IMG/VR virus record: IMGVR_UViG_3300019487_000024
Span: 36,410 to 100,409 of that record
Source: a virus
Direction: 5' to 3' (one strand)
Length of the DNA: 64,000 nt
The position numbers and the translations under genes are program-made. Numbering within the stretch: the stretch's first letter is position 1; each line of letters opens with the position of its first letter. The notes below the pieces were generated by a model that was not told the origin of the DNA, did no database searches, and saw only the letters and a program-made list of their open reading frames with translations. This document shows, piece after piece, positions 44,971 through 54,907 of this stretch.

Positions 44971-45717
44971 ATGAAAGCAATTTTGGCATCTATCTTGTTG
45001 GTCGTTTCGTCCGCATTTGCGTTCGGAGCAGAGTTGACGAATGGCGTCTTCTATCTTGACACTCCCACCGAAGCCCATCTGATTGCACAGAATGGTGCCG
45101 CCCGCACCAATCATCTGATCGCAGGCAAGACCTACATGGTTGACGATGTGATTGTTGAGTTTGAATCAACCAACAAGACGATGTTCTACCTTTCGGGCGG
45201 ACCAATCGTCGAAGCTTCCTCCCATTACTCTTTCAGCGTAAATGTTTTTGACCAAGAAGTCAAGAATTTTGATCTTCAGCCCCGCCAAGCAGATTTTGGA
45301 ATTCACAACATCAATATCACATTCACGAAGGGCGACTTTGTTGTCATTTATCCAAACGCAAGTCCAGATTCCTCCTTGGTCGTCAGTACTCCCTATGCAA
45401 CGTATCAACTTGGTGCTGGGCGATATTTCTTCCGTGTAACCGAGAAGTCCGTTGTCGTTTTTGTTTTGGAAGGTATGATGATGGTGCATGGCGATAAGAA
45501 TCGTGTTGAGAAGACGGACAAGGGAAAACTTTCCATTGCGGTGCCTTTATCCGATCCTCTTAGTGGAGTGGATGACCGATGGGTTATGAGCATGAAGAAC
45601 TTGAAACAAGAAGAGATTGACAGGTTCGGCTCGCCGATTCTTCTGGCAGAAAGACGCCTTCAAAACATTCGCTTCGTGGTAATCAACGGACGAGTCATTG
45701 GTGTCCTGTTAAAATAA
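44971..45717 (+). CDS. Secreted FecR-like beta-domain protein
   Basis: Signal peptide MKAILASILLVVSSAFA; TKGDFVV...LVVSTPYATYQLGAGRYFFRV...VVVFVLEGMMMV resembles the FecR domain. Confidence 0.6.
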   Translation: MKAILASILLVVSSAFAFGAELTNGVFYLDTPTEAHLIAQNGAARTNHLIAGKTYMVDDVIVEFESTNKTMFYLSGGPIVEASSHYSFSVNVFDQEVKNFDLQPRQADFGIHNINITFTKGDFVVIYPNASPDSSLVVSTPYATYQLGAGRYFFRVTEKSVVVFVLEGMMMVHGDKNRVEKTDKGKLSIAVPLSDPLSGVDDRWVMSMKNLKQEEIDRFGSPILLAERRLQNIRFVVINGRVIGVLLK

Positions 45718-45718
45718 G

Positions 45719-45747
45719 TTGTGGGAAGCTTGATTTTGGTGTATGAT
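45719..45747 (+). promoter_or_regulatory. Putative sigma70-type promoter for the polymerase operon
   Basis: TTGTGG-17bp-TATGAT, 8 nt upstream of ATG 45756. Confidence 0.5.
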
Positions 45748-45755
45748 TGCTGGAA

Positions 45756-46076
45756 ATGACGTTTCAGCAATTACACAGTTTGACCGAAGAAGAGCTTTCC
45801 ATCTGCTTGTATGTTGTTGGAGTTCTTGATCCTGTAACGTTTCCTCCGATAGAAATTACCGACCCAAAGCAACTCATTTCTTTCAGAAACGATGTTCTGA
45901 TTCAGAAATTGATGAATGCTGCACCACGGCTCAACGAACAAGGAATTCCAATCTTTATTTCGTTGATGGCAAAGCTTGGAGTCAAAGTTGAAGTCAAGCC
46001 CGTAGAACCGGCAACTGCACCCGTAAGTGCATCAACCGAACAAACATCTTCCAATGTATCAGAACATATTCGTTGA
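45756..46076 (+). CDS. Hypothetical protein
   Basis: ORF between the promoter and the polymerase; overlaps the polymerase start. Confidence 0.65.
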   Translation: MTFQQLHSLTEEELSICLYVVGVLDPVTFPPIEITDPKQLISFRNDVLIQKLMNAAPRLNEQGIPIFISLMAKLGVKVEVKPVEPATAPVSASTEQTSSNVSEHIR

Positions 46077-48624
46077 CAAAAAGGAGTGGGTAGTTCACCT
46101 GTGGGACGATACACACGGATACACTTCGTTTCCGTATCCAAGATATGCATACCGTCGCAAGCCGTGCGGCAAGTTCAAGTCATTGTATGGTGACGAGCTT
46201 GAGAAAATTTTCAATTACGACGAACGTGAGCCAAACCTGTTTGAATCGGACGTTAGTCCTGAAATGCGTGTCTTGATTGATGCCTATGACGATTCGGACG
46301 AACCTTCAAAGGGTCATCGGGTCTTGGTAATTGACATTGAGACGAGCACGGAAGGTGGATTCCCCGATATTACTCAAGGCGACAAGACCATTACGGCTAT
46401 TGCCTTGTATGACCAAGCTGGCAACACGTATTACTCATATGTTCTGGATGCTGATGGCAAAATCCCTTGCAGTCATGTCGGGAATGTCGTCACCGAATCT
46501 TTCCGTTGCGAAGAAAACCTTCTCACTACGTTCTTGAACAAGTGGGAAGAAATTCGGCCAACCATTGTGACAGGTTGGAACACCAATTACTTTGACTTGC
46601 CGTACATCTTCCATCGCCTTCGTGCTGTGCTCGGCAAGGCTGCGGGCTATAAGCTCTCTCCAATCGGAACTGCCTACCAGAACAAGTTCAACAAAAGGAT
46701 GATTATTGCGGGCGTGGCGTGCTTGGATTATCTTGACCTATACAAGAAGTTCCTCGGTGTCATGAAGCCATCATATGCTTTGGCAAACGTTGCAAAGGAC
46801 GAAGAGTTGAAGCAGCAGAAGCTCACTTATAAAGGCAACTTGATGGACTTGTATAAGAATGACATCCATCGCTTTGTTGAGTATAACTTGGCGGACGTTA
46901 AGGTCGTCGTAGAGCTTGACAAGAAGTATGACTTTATCAATCTCGCCCAAGCCGTTTGTCATAAAGGGCATGTTCCATACGAATGGTTTCAAATGTCAAG
47001 TCGTTGGATTGATGGAGCTATCTTGATGTATCTCCGTCGCCATGACCAAGTGGCTCCGAACAAGCCCGTTGGTGGTCGTGAAGAGTACGAAGAAATGCAG
47101 GAGGCAGGCGAAGACGGATTCACAGGTGCATTCGTCAAAGAGCCTGTTCCCGGTCTCTACGATTGGATTTACTCCGCAGACATTACGTCGCTGTATCCTT
47201 CAACGATCATGTCGTTGAACATTTCTCCCGAAACCAAGATTGGCAAGATTGAGGGATGGGATAGAGCCAAGTATGACCGTGGTGAAATGAGTGTCATTCG
47301 TGTGGGCGACCAAGCATATTCGTTGAGTGATTTTCAAGAACTAATTGCCAACCATGCATTCTCCATTTCAAGTAACGGAGTTCTCTATAGGCAAGACAAG
47401 ATGGGTGTCGTTCCCACGATTCTTGATACTTGGTTCGCCGAACGTGTTGAATACCGCAAGCAAGAAATGGAATACAGCAAGTCGGGAGATAAGGAGAAGG
47501 AAGGATTCTTCAAGCGTCGTCAATTGAGGCAGAAAATCTTCCTCAACTCAGTTTATGGTGTGTTGGGGTTGCCTATCTTCCGATTCTACGACCGAGACAA
47601 CGCCGAAGCCACGACGATTTCTGGTCAGACCATCATTCGCAACGCCGAGTCGTTGGTGAATGACATGTACAAGAAGCGATACGACAGCAAGGGCGTTCCC
47701 GCTCCGGTCCCCGACTTTGTTAAATACATTGATACCGACTCCTTGTATGTCTCGGCACAACCACTAGCAGATTTGGAAGGAAATGTTGAGGACATGAAGA
47801 AGTTCACAATTCAACTCGTGACCGAAGTGGCAGATTACATCAACAAGTTCTACAGCTACATGGTTCCTCGCATTTTCAATGTAGCTCCCGCCAATAACCG
47901 TATCAAAATCGTTCCCGACGTGGTAGCCAAGAAAGCTCTGTGGGTTGCCAAGAAGCGTTATGCCATGCTCAAGGTGTTTGACATGGAAAAGATGAAAGAC
48001 GTTAAGGACAAGGATGGTCGTGAAGGAAAGCTTGAAGTCAAGGGTATTGATACCGTTCGTTCAAGCTTCCCACAAGCGTTTCGCAAATTTGCCGGTGACA
48101 TCCTTGACAATCTTCTGCGTGGTACGTCTCGTGAAATCTTGGACGAAAAAATCATGGCATTTGAAGAAGAGATTGATAAGCATAGCATTATTGATTTGTC
48201 CAAGACGAGTTCTGCTAATTTCATATCCAGAAGTGGAAATGAAAACTACAATCCATCAGGAAGAAAGCCATTTCAATTCGTTAAGGGAACTCCTGTCGCA
48301 GTCAAAGCAGCACTGGCATACAATGACTTTTTGAAGGCGTGGGGGATGGAGAAGCAAGTTGAGACTATCAAGACTGGTTCCAAAATCAAGTGGATTTATC
48401 TTCTTCCAAACGATTTCTATGTAGAACAATTGGCTATGAAAGCCGATGACACCGACCCCGACCGACTTTTGGAGTTTGTTGCGGCTCATGTTGACCGCAA
48501 AGGAATGTACAACAGTGAACTTCATAGCAAGCTTGAGGAAATTTATCACTGCGTCGGTTGGAAGTATCCAAACCGAGGCTCCCAGCTTGCAGCCAAGGTC
48601 TTTAACTTTGAGGAAGCGTGGTAA
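46054..48624 (+). CDS. Family B DNA polymerase (T4 gp43-like)
   Basis: ExoI DIET, ExoII GWNTNYFDLPY, ExoIII YNLAD, polymerase motifs DITSLYPS, KIFLNSVYG, YIDTDS, KKRY, KGID. Start ATG 46054. Confidence 0.97.
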   Translation: MYQNIFVDKKEWVVHLWDDTHGYTSFPYPRYAYRRKPCGKFKSLYGDELEKIFNYDEREPNLFESDVSPEMRVLIDAYDDSDEPSKGHRVLVIDIETSTEGGFPDITQGDKTITAIALYDQAGNTYYSYVLDADGKIPCSHVGNVVTESFRCEENLLTTFLNKWEEIRPTIVTGWNTNYFDLPYIFHRLRAVLGKAAGYKLSPIGTAYQNKFNKRMIIAGVACLDYLDLYKKFLGVMKPSYALANVAKDEELKQQKLTYKGNLMDLYKNDIHRFVEYNLADVKVVVELDKKYDFINLAQAVCHKGHVPYEWFQMSSRWIDGAILMYLRRHDQVAPNKPVGGREEYEEMQEAGEDGFTGAFVKEPVPGLYDWIYSADITSLYPSTIMSLNISPETKIGKIEGWDRAKYDRGEMSVIRVGDQAYSLSDFQELIANHAFSISSNGVLYRQDKMGVVPTILDTWFAERVEYRKQEMEYSKSGDKEKEGFFKRRQLRQKIFLNSVYGVLGLPIFRFYDRDNAEATTISGQTIIRNAESLVNDMYKKRYDSKGVPAPVPDFVKYIDTDSLYVSAQPLADLEGNVEDMKKFTIQLVTEVADYINKFYSYMVPRIFNVAPANNRIKIVPDVVAKKALWVAKKRYAMLKVFDMEKMKDVKDKDGREGKLEVKGIDTVRSSFPQAFRKFAGDILDNLLRGTSREILDEKIMAFEEEIDKHSIIDLSKTSSANFISRSGNENYNPSGRKPFQFVKGTPVAVKAALAYNDFLKAWGMEKQVETIKTGSKIKWIYLLPNDFYVEQLAMKADDTDPDRLLEFVAAHVDRKGMYNSELHSKLEEIYHCVGWKYPNRGSQLAAKVFNFEEAW

Positions 48625-48653
48625 TTTGAAGACTGCCCGTAAGTTAAAATAAC

Positions 48654-48681
48654 TAGACAAAAAGCCGCATTGTGATACAAT
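48654..48681 (+). promoter_or_regulatory. Sigma70-type promoter
   Basis: TAGACA-16bp-TACAAT with an extended TG. Confidence 0.55.
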
Positions 48682-48692
48682 GCACGTTACGA

Positions 48693-49436
48693 ATGAAAAA
48701 AGAGACTCTTGAGACATTTATCCGCCGTTACACGTTGGGGAATTTGATTCCCAAAGTGAAGTGGAAGTACACTGCAAAGGAAAAGACCTTGCATACTCGT
48801 GCGGTTGCCGACAATCGGTGTTTCGTCGCCGACGTGGTAATGAGCGAGTTCACCGATTTTGGTGATAATGACACCGTGGTATGCATCGGTGACACCGAAA
48901 AGGTCAAAGCAATGATGTCTCCTTTCGGCGATGACATTGCAGTTTCAATCAACAAAAATGGGGATCGTGTTCTTGGATTTACCGTTTCGGATGCCGATTG
49001 TGAAAGTTATTGCACAGCAGCCGACCCCACGGCAATCGATCCCGTCCCCAAAAACCTTCAAGACGTTCCAGAGTATCATGTTGTCATTCCCCTTACTGAA
49101 GATTTCCTTGAGAAGTTTTTGAAGGCTCGCAATGCTCTGAATGACGTTGAAACCTTTTCTGTGGGAATGAACAAGAAGGGAGTCTTTGAGATTGTGATTG
49201 GTTACACAACGGCAAACTCCAACCGCATTCGCTTTTCTCCACAAACAACTCCCGACAAGAACAAGATTGAAGCGGCTCTTTCGTTTCCAATCAAGAATCT
49301 TGCAGCAGTATTCAAGGCGAATGCTGACATTCCTGATGGTGTGTTGTCCATCAATTCCAACGGCATCATTCGGGTCTATTTCAAGAACGACAAGTATGCT
49401 TGTTCATACTATCAGTTCGCCAACAAGAAGTCATAA
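48693..49436 (+). CDS. Sliding clamp (T4 gp45-like)
   Basis: About 247-aa alpha/beta protein between the polymerase and the clamp loader; YCTAADPTAI linker. Confidence 0.75.
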   Translation: MKKETLETFIRRYTLGNLIPKVKWKYTAKEKTLHTRAVADNRCFVADVVMSEFTDFGDNDTVVCIGDTEKVKAMMSPFGDDIAVSINKNGDRVLGFTVSDADCESYCTAADPTAIDPVPKNLQDVPEYHVVIPLTEDFLEKFLKARNALNDVETFSVGMNKKGVFEIVIGYTTANSNRIRFSPQTTPDKNKIEAALSFPIKNLAAVFKANADIPDGVLSINSNGIIRVYFKNDKYACSYYQFANKKS

Positions 49437-49438
49437 TT

Positions 49439-50407
49439 ATGTCATTTGACCCAAATACGTTTTTCGAGATGGATGCTCCCAACGAAGTTCCAGACCACAG
49501 TTTGTGGGTTGAACGGTATCGTCCAAAGACTGTTGAAGAATTGATTGCGAGTCCCGCAGTCAAAGAAACCCTTCAACTATGGTTGAAGAATAAAGACATT
49601 CCACATTTGCTGTTCTTCAGTTCTCCGGGCACGGGCAAGACTTCAATTGGTAAGATTCTGATTAAGCACATTCCATGTGACAGCCTATTGATCAATGCCT
49701 CGGACGAGAATGGTGTGGATAGCATTCGCAACAAGGTGCAAGACTTTTGTATGACGATGGGAGCACAACCGCTCAAGGTGATGTTCTTGGACGAAGCAGA
49801 CCGTTTGACGCCGGACGCACAGGGTATTCTCCGCAATCTCATGGAGACTTATTCGGAGAGCACACGCTTTATTCTCACTTGCAACTACCAAGAGAAAATT
49901 ATTCCCGCCATTAAGTCTCGTAGCCAAAGCTTTGAAATCAAGCCACTTTCAAAGCCAGAAGCGATGAAACATTTAGTGACCATTCTAACGAAGGAGAAAG
50001 TTACGTTCAAGCCCGAAGACGTTGCCTTCATCGTAGCGAGCTATTTCCCCGACCTTCGCAAGATTATCAACTTTGCTCAACAATCATCCATTACTGGAGA
50101 ATTGAAGATTGCTAAGGCTAACACAGCAGACCAAGACTTCAAGATGAAGCTTATTGGATTGCTCAAGACGCCAAAGACTCCCGGCGTTTTCAATGATATT
50201 CGTCAGCTTGTTGCTGATGCAGCATTTTCCAACTACGAAGAGGTTTACAAGTTTCTCTTCGATCATGTTGACGAGTATTCCAATGGAAAACAAGCTGAAG
50301 TAATTCTTCATCTGGCTGATGCCACATATCAATCTGCATTAGTCTTTGAGCGTGAAATCACGTTTGTTGCAGCAATGCATAAGCTCTTAACCGTGCTTAA
50401 AAGCTAA
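49439..50407 (+). CDS. Clamp loader large subunit (T4 gp44 / RFC-like)
   Basis: LWVERYRP, SSPGTGKTS, INASDENG, FLDEADRL, RFILTCNY, FPDLRK. Confidence 0.95.
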   Translation: MSFDPNTFFEMDAPNEVPDHSLWVERYRPKTVEELIASPAVKETLQLWLKNKDIPHLLFFSSPGTGKTSIGKILIKHIPCDSLLINASDENGVDSIRNKVQDFCMTMGAQPLKVMFLDEADRLTPDAQGILRNLMETYSESTRFILTCNYQEKIIPAIKSRSQSFEIKPLSKPEAMKHLVTILTKEKVTFKPEDVAFIVASYFPDLRKIINFAQQSSITGELKIAKANTADQDFKMKLIGLLKTPKTPGVFNDIRQLVADAAFSNYEEVYKFLFDHVDEYSNGKQAEVILHLADATYQSALVFEREITFVAAMHKLLTVLKS

Positions 50408-50410
50408 TAT

Positions 50411-50587
50411 ATGATTTGGTTCAACAAAGACAAAACCGCTTGCCTAAATACCTCCTTGATAGCTTTCTGGACATTCAAGAACGGCGAGCTTAACGTCTAT
50501 ATTGGTTCCACAGACCCCATTGTCTTCAATGGCACTGACGCAGAGGAGATTTATAATATGTTGACTTTGCGTAAAGAGATACTATAA
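50411..50587 (+). CDS. Small hypothetical protein (58 aa, not in the ORF track)
   Basis: MIWFNKDKTACLNTSLIAFWTFKNGELNVYIG...EIL fills the gap after the clamp loader. Confidence 0.6.
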   Translation: MIWFNKDKTACLNTSLIAFWTFKNGELNVYIGSTDPIVFNGTDAEEIYNMLTLRKEIL

Positions 50588-50609
50588 TAACCGCATACCA
50601 AGGAAACTT

Positions 50610-50849
50610 ATGACAGAACAAGACCGCAACAAAATCCTCTCAGAAACAGTTCGCCGCTTCGGACGCCAAGAATGGTTTCGTGACGCTGTTGTTTACAACA
50701 GCCATCCAACATCGGGAGTCCCAACTCTTGAACTCAAAGTGAACTATGTTCCCATCTTTGAACGCAAGATCGTTATGGACTTCGCACAAGGATTCAATTT
50801 GACTGAACGCTTCACCGTCGTTGACAAAGACGGAAAGCCAGTTGACTAA
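50610..50849 (+). CDS. Hypothetical protein
   Basis: 79 aa, AAGGA RBS. Confidence 0.7.
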   Translation: MTEQDRNKILSETVRRFGRQEWFRDAVVYNSHPTSGVPTLELKVNYVPIFERKIVMDFAQGFNLTERFTVVDKDGKPVD

Positions 50850-50850
50850 G

Positions 50851-51438
50851 ATGAAACGACAATCCAAAACTGTGACAACTCCGTCCACCGACAATAAGAA
50901 TCTCTTACGGAAGACTCGCTGTTACCTTATCGGACACATGCAGTATGCCGATGGTAGGGGATGGCGTGACACCGTAAAGGATGAACTCAAAGATACTGGC
51001 GTCGTTTTCTACGACCCATATCACAAGCCGTTTGTCCATGACATTCCAGAAGATGAAAACAGCAGAGCAGAAATGCTTCATTGGATGGAAACGGGACAAT
51101 TTGATCTCGTTGCCCAACGAATGAAAGAAGTTCGTGGGTACGACCTTCGTCTTTGTGACATTTGCGACTGGTTCATTGCTGTAATTAAGCCAACCGTTGC
51201 ATCGTGGGGCAGTGCCGAAGAAATCACAACCATCATTCGTGAAAAGAAGCCTCTCTTTCTCGTCATTGACGACCCAAAGGGAAAGAAAGCTTGTCCTTTA
51301 TGGCTTTTGGGTGTTCTTCCTCACAAGTATGTCTATGACAATCTTGAGGAAGCCATTCAGACCATCAAAGGTATTGATAATGGCATTGTTCGCATGAGCA
51401 GTGACCGTTGGAAACTTCTCTTGCCGGAATTACGATGA
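50851..51438 (+). CDS. Nucleoside 2-deoxyribosyltransferase-like protein
   Basis: CYLIGHM...GWRD...FYDPY...DLRLCDICD...SWGSAEE...KPLF. Confidence 0.75.
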   Translation: MKRQSKTVTTPSTDNKNLLRKTRCYLIGHMQYADGRGWRDTVKDELKDTGVVFYDPYHKPFVHDIPEDENSRAEMLHWMETGQFDLVAQRMKEVRGYDLRLCDICDWFIAVIKPTVASWGSAEEITTIIREKKPLFLVIDDPKGKKACPLWLLGVLPHKYVYDNLEEAIQTIKGIDNGIVRMSSDRWKLLLPELR

Positions 51439-51638
51439 ATTCTGTAGTCACGCTCACCAGTGGTAAAACATTGGACGTGAAATTGGTGAAGTCCTACGTT
51501 GTAGATGCACCAATCGGTAAACCCGCAGAAGTCCTCGTAACTCTCAAGAGTGGTAAAACGTTGAAGGTAACACTCCAAGATTTGGATTGTATTGAAACCT
51601 TCCGTCGTGAACTGAATGAAATCAAAAACGAGGAGTAA
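51435..51638 (+). CDS. Small hypothetical protein with an internal duplication
   Basis: VTLTSGKTLDV / VTLKSGKTLKV. Confidence 0.65.
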   Translation: MNSVVTLTSGKTLDVKLVKSYVVDAPIGKPAEVLVTLKSGKTLKVTLQDLDCIETFRRELNEIKNEE

Positions 51639-51640
51639 CT

Positions 51641-51967
51641 ATGCCGTGGGAACAAGTTTGGGTGCCAAACCCGTCTGACGAAAACATTCCTCTCCACAAA
51701 AATCCACCTGATAACTTCCAACAATATGAAGGGTGGGGGTGTAAGATGGCTCGTCGCTCAGTTGAGTCGTTAATTGAAGACCATAAACAAGGCAAAGAGC
51801 TTGACCATCGAACATATTACTACTGCCGAGAATGTAAAGGATGGATTGAAGGAAAGCCGACCGAATATCATGAAGATAACATCGGACCTTTATGTGGAAG
51901 GCGAGGAACAGTAACAGCGTGCATTCGCTGTGGCGATGAAATTGGTTTCTGTGGAATGGTTAGTTAA
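51641..51967 (+). CDS. Zn-ribbon hypothetical protein
   Basis: CREC...CIRC; GAGGAG RBS. Confidence 0.7.
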   Translation: MPWEQVWVPNPSDENIPLHKNPPDNFQQYEGWGCKMARRSVESLIEDHKQGKELDHRTYYYCRECKGWIEGKPTEYHEDNIGPLCGRRGTVTACIRCGDEIGFCGMVS

Positions 51968-52230
51968 TGAAAAAGAGATTCAATAAATACATTGAACTTG
52001 GAGGATTGGATCGCAAGGAAGCAGAAATCCTTCTCCCTCTGATTCCAAAGACTGACGGCTTCAAATATCTTCGCCAACAGATACAAACCGAGTTGTCTGT
52101 TCGTTATGAGTACGTTGTAGAATGCACTGATTGTCCCCGTAAATTCACCGTTGAATCACTAACCCCAATCCCAAAGGAAAAGATAGCCGAGGGCGGAATC
52201 TGTTCCAATTGTAGCGATGACTACAAGTAA
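51967..52230 (+). CDS. Zn-ribbon hypothetical protein
   Basis: CTDC...CSNC. Confidence 0.65.
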   Translation: MKKRFNKYIELGGLDRKEAEILLPLIPKTDGFKYLRQQIQTELSVRYEYVVECTDCPRKFTVESLTPIPKEKIAEGGICSNCSDDYK

Positions 52231-52233
52231 GTT

Positions 52234-52509
52234 ATGCCATACATCAAACAAGAAGACCGAAGTCAATACGATTCTCTCGTAGAAGATGTTGTTGATGCTC
52301 TAACCGACCACGGGTTCAAACCCGCAGACGTTGGACATGTCAATTACGTAGTTTCAAGCATCATATGGAAACTTTTTGATTCCAACAAGAAATATGCTAA
52401 TGCAAACAGTCTTGCAGGAGTGTTGTCTTGCGTTGATAAAGAATTCTACCGACGCAAGGTAGCTCCATATGAAGACGAGAAGATTCAAGAGAATGGAGAT
52501 TTGAAATGA
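52234..52509 (+). CDS. Conserved small helical phage protein
   Basis: MPYIKQEDR...GHVNY...GVL...EFYRRKVAPYEDEKIQENGD, a recurrent phage protein pattern. Confidence 0.8.
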   Translation: MPYIKQEDRSQYDSLVEDVVDALTDHGFKPADVGHVNYVVSSIIWKLFDSNKKYANANSLAGVLSCVDKEFYRRKVAPYEDEKIQENGDLK

Positions 52510-52856
52510 ATCAACTGATTTACTTGGCGGTTCCCTATTCCTATAAAGACTCCGATCCAGCAAAGGTTATGGCGGTCAAAGAGGAACGATTTCAAGCGGT
52601 CAACAAAGTTGCAGCCAAATTGATGGCAGAGGGTAATTATATCTTCTCACCCATCAGTCATACGCATCCAATTGCCTTGGCGGGGTCACTTCCGGGGGAT
52701 TGGCAGTATTGGGAGGGGTATGATCGATGTATTTTGTCCTCTTGCAAGAAGCTTATGGTCCTAAGACTACCGGGATGGGAGACTTCCACCGGCGTTACCG
52801 AGGAACGTAAGATTGCCGAGGAACTTGGCATCCCCGTTGAGTTCATAGACCCATAA
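52506..52856 (+). CDS. DUF1937-like (nucleoside deoxyribosyltransferase fold) protein
   Basis: IYLAVPYS, FSPISHTHPI, W..YD, LPGWETSTGV.EE..A..LGIPV. Confidence 0.8.
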   Translation: MNQLIYLAVPYSYKDSDPAKVMAVKEERFQAVNKVAAKLMAEGNYIFSPISHTHPIALAGSLPGDWQYWEGYDRCILSSCKKLMVLRLPGWETSTGVTEERKIAEELGIPVEFIDP

Positions 52857-52877
52857 TTTAGGATTTCATAATAAAAG

Positions 52878-52900
52878 AAAACCTCCATTCGGAGGTTTTT
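52878..52900 (+). terminator. Intrinsic terminator (possibly bidirectional)
   Basis: AAAACCTCC-ATTC-GGAGGTTTTT. Confidence 0.75.
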
Positions 52901-52925
52901 GTGTTTTCATAGATATGTATTTCAC

Positions 52926-53358
52926 ATGAAATTGTGGAAATTTATCATTGGAAATGAAAAATATGAAGTATCTTCGGATGGAGAAGTTAAAAATAGTTGC
53001 ACCGGAAGAATTCTTCGTCAATTTTTAAGACGGGACTATCCATCCGTCGAATTGTACAAGGAAGGAGATGGAGTCATATATTATGTTCATCGTCTAGTTG
53101 CCGCAGCTTTTATTGATAATCCAACAGGAAAGCCGTGTATAAATCAATGGAATAAAAACCGATAATAATATTGAAAATTTAGAATGGTGTTCATCAGAAG
53201 AAAACATTGAACATTTTTATATTCAATTAGCAAAAAAACATCTTTGTGATACTGCGTTTAAGTTTTTAACCGAAAATTTCAATCAAGATAAATTAACTTC
53301 AAGCGAATGGGTAAATAAATTTGGGGAGTTCATAAAAACCAAGGATAGTAATAGATAA
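52926..53358 (+). pseudogene. Frameshifted NUMOD4-HNH homing endonuclease
   Basis: YEVSSDGEVKN...VHRLVAAAFIDNPTGKPCIN, then a frame change at ~53145 to NGIKTDNNIENLEWCSSEENIEH. Confidence 0.85.
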
Positions 53359-53393
53359 TTGTTTTTAAGGCGGCTATTTTACTATTTATATCC

Positions 53394-53999
53394 ATGCATA
53401 AGTCGTCTATCCAAGAAAATGAGTTCTCACCCGCACCGGGAGGACTTGGTAGCGTCGTAAGTCAGCCGGGGATTGGTACATTTGCGTCTCCCGAAGTCTC
53501 ACAAAACAGTGCAAACTTTGCACATAGCGATAACAACAAGTCAGTTGGGTCGCATAGCAATACTCGCAAAGAGAATCCCGATTCTGGATCGATGGCAAAC
53601 GATTTTCAAGCTATTTTCTGCAAGAAAGACACTCCTTCTCCAGATGAAATTGTAGCTGGCATCAATTACGAACTTGGTCAGCAAATCAAAAAGGATAAAC
53701 AGGTAGCAAAGCAAGCAGTCCTCACTAATTTGAAAAAAGACCCACACTTCTATAGCAAGCTGAAGATGCTTAACATAGACGATGAAAGCATGGTAAACAA
53801 TATGAGCGAAACAAAACAACACCCCAACGATAACCCTCTCCGAGAAAAAGTTGAAGCCAATGTCGAAGAGACGAAGAAGATTTTTGAGGAACTGGCTGCG
53901 GAGAAGGACCAAAAGTATGTCGTCAACTCTGGAATTTCCGCCGTGATGAAAGAGATGTGGGCACAAAAGCGTGCTCGCAACGCTTGGAAGAACGTTTGA
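53394..53999 (+). CDS. Hypothetical virion-like protein with a DUF5661-like motif
   Basis: GINYEL...AKQAVLTNLKKDPHFYSKL; TATTTAT motif 4 nt upstream. Confidence 0.7.
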   Translation: MHKSSIQENEFSPAPGGLGSVVSQPGIGTFASPEVSQNSANFAHSDNNKSVGSHSNTRKENPDSGSMANDFQAIFCKKDTPSPDEIVAGINYELGQQIKKDKQVAKQAVLTNLKKDPHFYSKLKMLNIDDESMVNNMSETKQHPNDNPLREKVEANVEETKKIFEELAAEKDQKYVVNSGISAVMKEMWAQKRARNAWKNV

Positions 54000-54042
54000 T
54001 GATTCATATATGAGTCGGTAAACACATTTAATAACTCATCCA

Positions 54043-54696
54043 TTAGAGTTTGCTTCTTCGTAGTTTTCGTGCTGTCTTATATTTTGGAATGTCTTTCGAT
54101 GGAACTTTCGATGTGAGTGTTATCTCCAATCCAAGGTTGTCAATAATGTTGAAAACGGTCGAAAGACTAATGTTTGGATTTCCTTTGAAAAGTCTCCATA
54201 CAGTATCTCTGCTTGTGTTTACGTCTTTACAAAGCCGTTCTTCTTTTAGATTTATCTTTTGACGGTGTAAATTTAATACCGTCCCAATATCTTTTAAGGT
54301 TTTAATAGGATATTCGCAATAAGTTTGGCGTTCTTTTTCAGAAGGGAAAACATTGTTTATTATTATGTCTTCAACTTCTTGTGGTGTTGTTAGAAACCAT
54401 TCATCACCAACAACATTGGTTGTTCGTGGAAGTTTGAACCGATACAATGCTTTGTGGAGTTGGGATTCAACATAATATCCACATGGAGTTTTAATCAAAA
54501 GTCCTATGATTGGTTCTTTGGCCATTGAAGTCTGAACTCCTTGGGATATTATACGTTGAATTGGCTCGGTAGATGAGAATCCTATTTTACATTCCCATCT
54601 TTTTTTGTTTTCCAACTCTGCAAGACGCTTGTCATTTTCATTGTAATAAACATACACATATTCATTACCAATCCCTATTTCTTTTTCGATCTTCAT
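54043..54696 (-). CDS. GIY-YIG (T5orf172-like) domain + XRE-type HTH protein
   Basis: YVYVYY...KIGFS...QRI...VESQLHKAL...EWF; C-terminal LKDIGTVL...TSRDTVWRLFKGNPNISLSTVFNIIDNLGLEI. AT-rich; antiparallel insert. Confidence 0.75.
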   Translation of the reverse strand: MKIEKEIGIGNEYVYVYYNENDKRLAELENKKRWECKIGFSSTEPIQRIISQGVQTSMAKEPIIGLLIKTPCGYYVESQLHKALYRFKLPRTTNVVGDEWFLTTPQEVEDIIINNVFPSEKERQTYCEYPIKTLKDIGTVLNLHRQKINLKEERLCKDVNTSRDTVWRLFKGNPNISLSTVFNIIDNLGLEITLTSKVPSKDIPKYKTARKLRRSKL

Positions 54697-54907
54697 ATGC
54701 AATACATATCTGACATTAACCTAAAATCACAGATTTATTTTTTGATATATCAGACATTTTCATTGTCTTCAATATCGGACATTATTTTGAATGGAAGTAT
54801 TGATTTTCAAGAAAACTGTAAAGGATAATGGTATTATTGTCTTCTATATCAATCACAAAAGTAAGTTGTCTTCTTCCACATTGTCGGTTATATTTATAAT
54901 CAAACCT

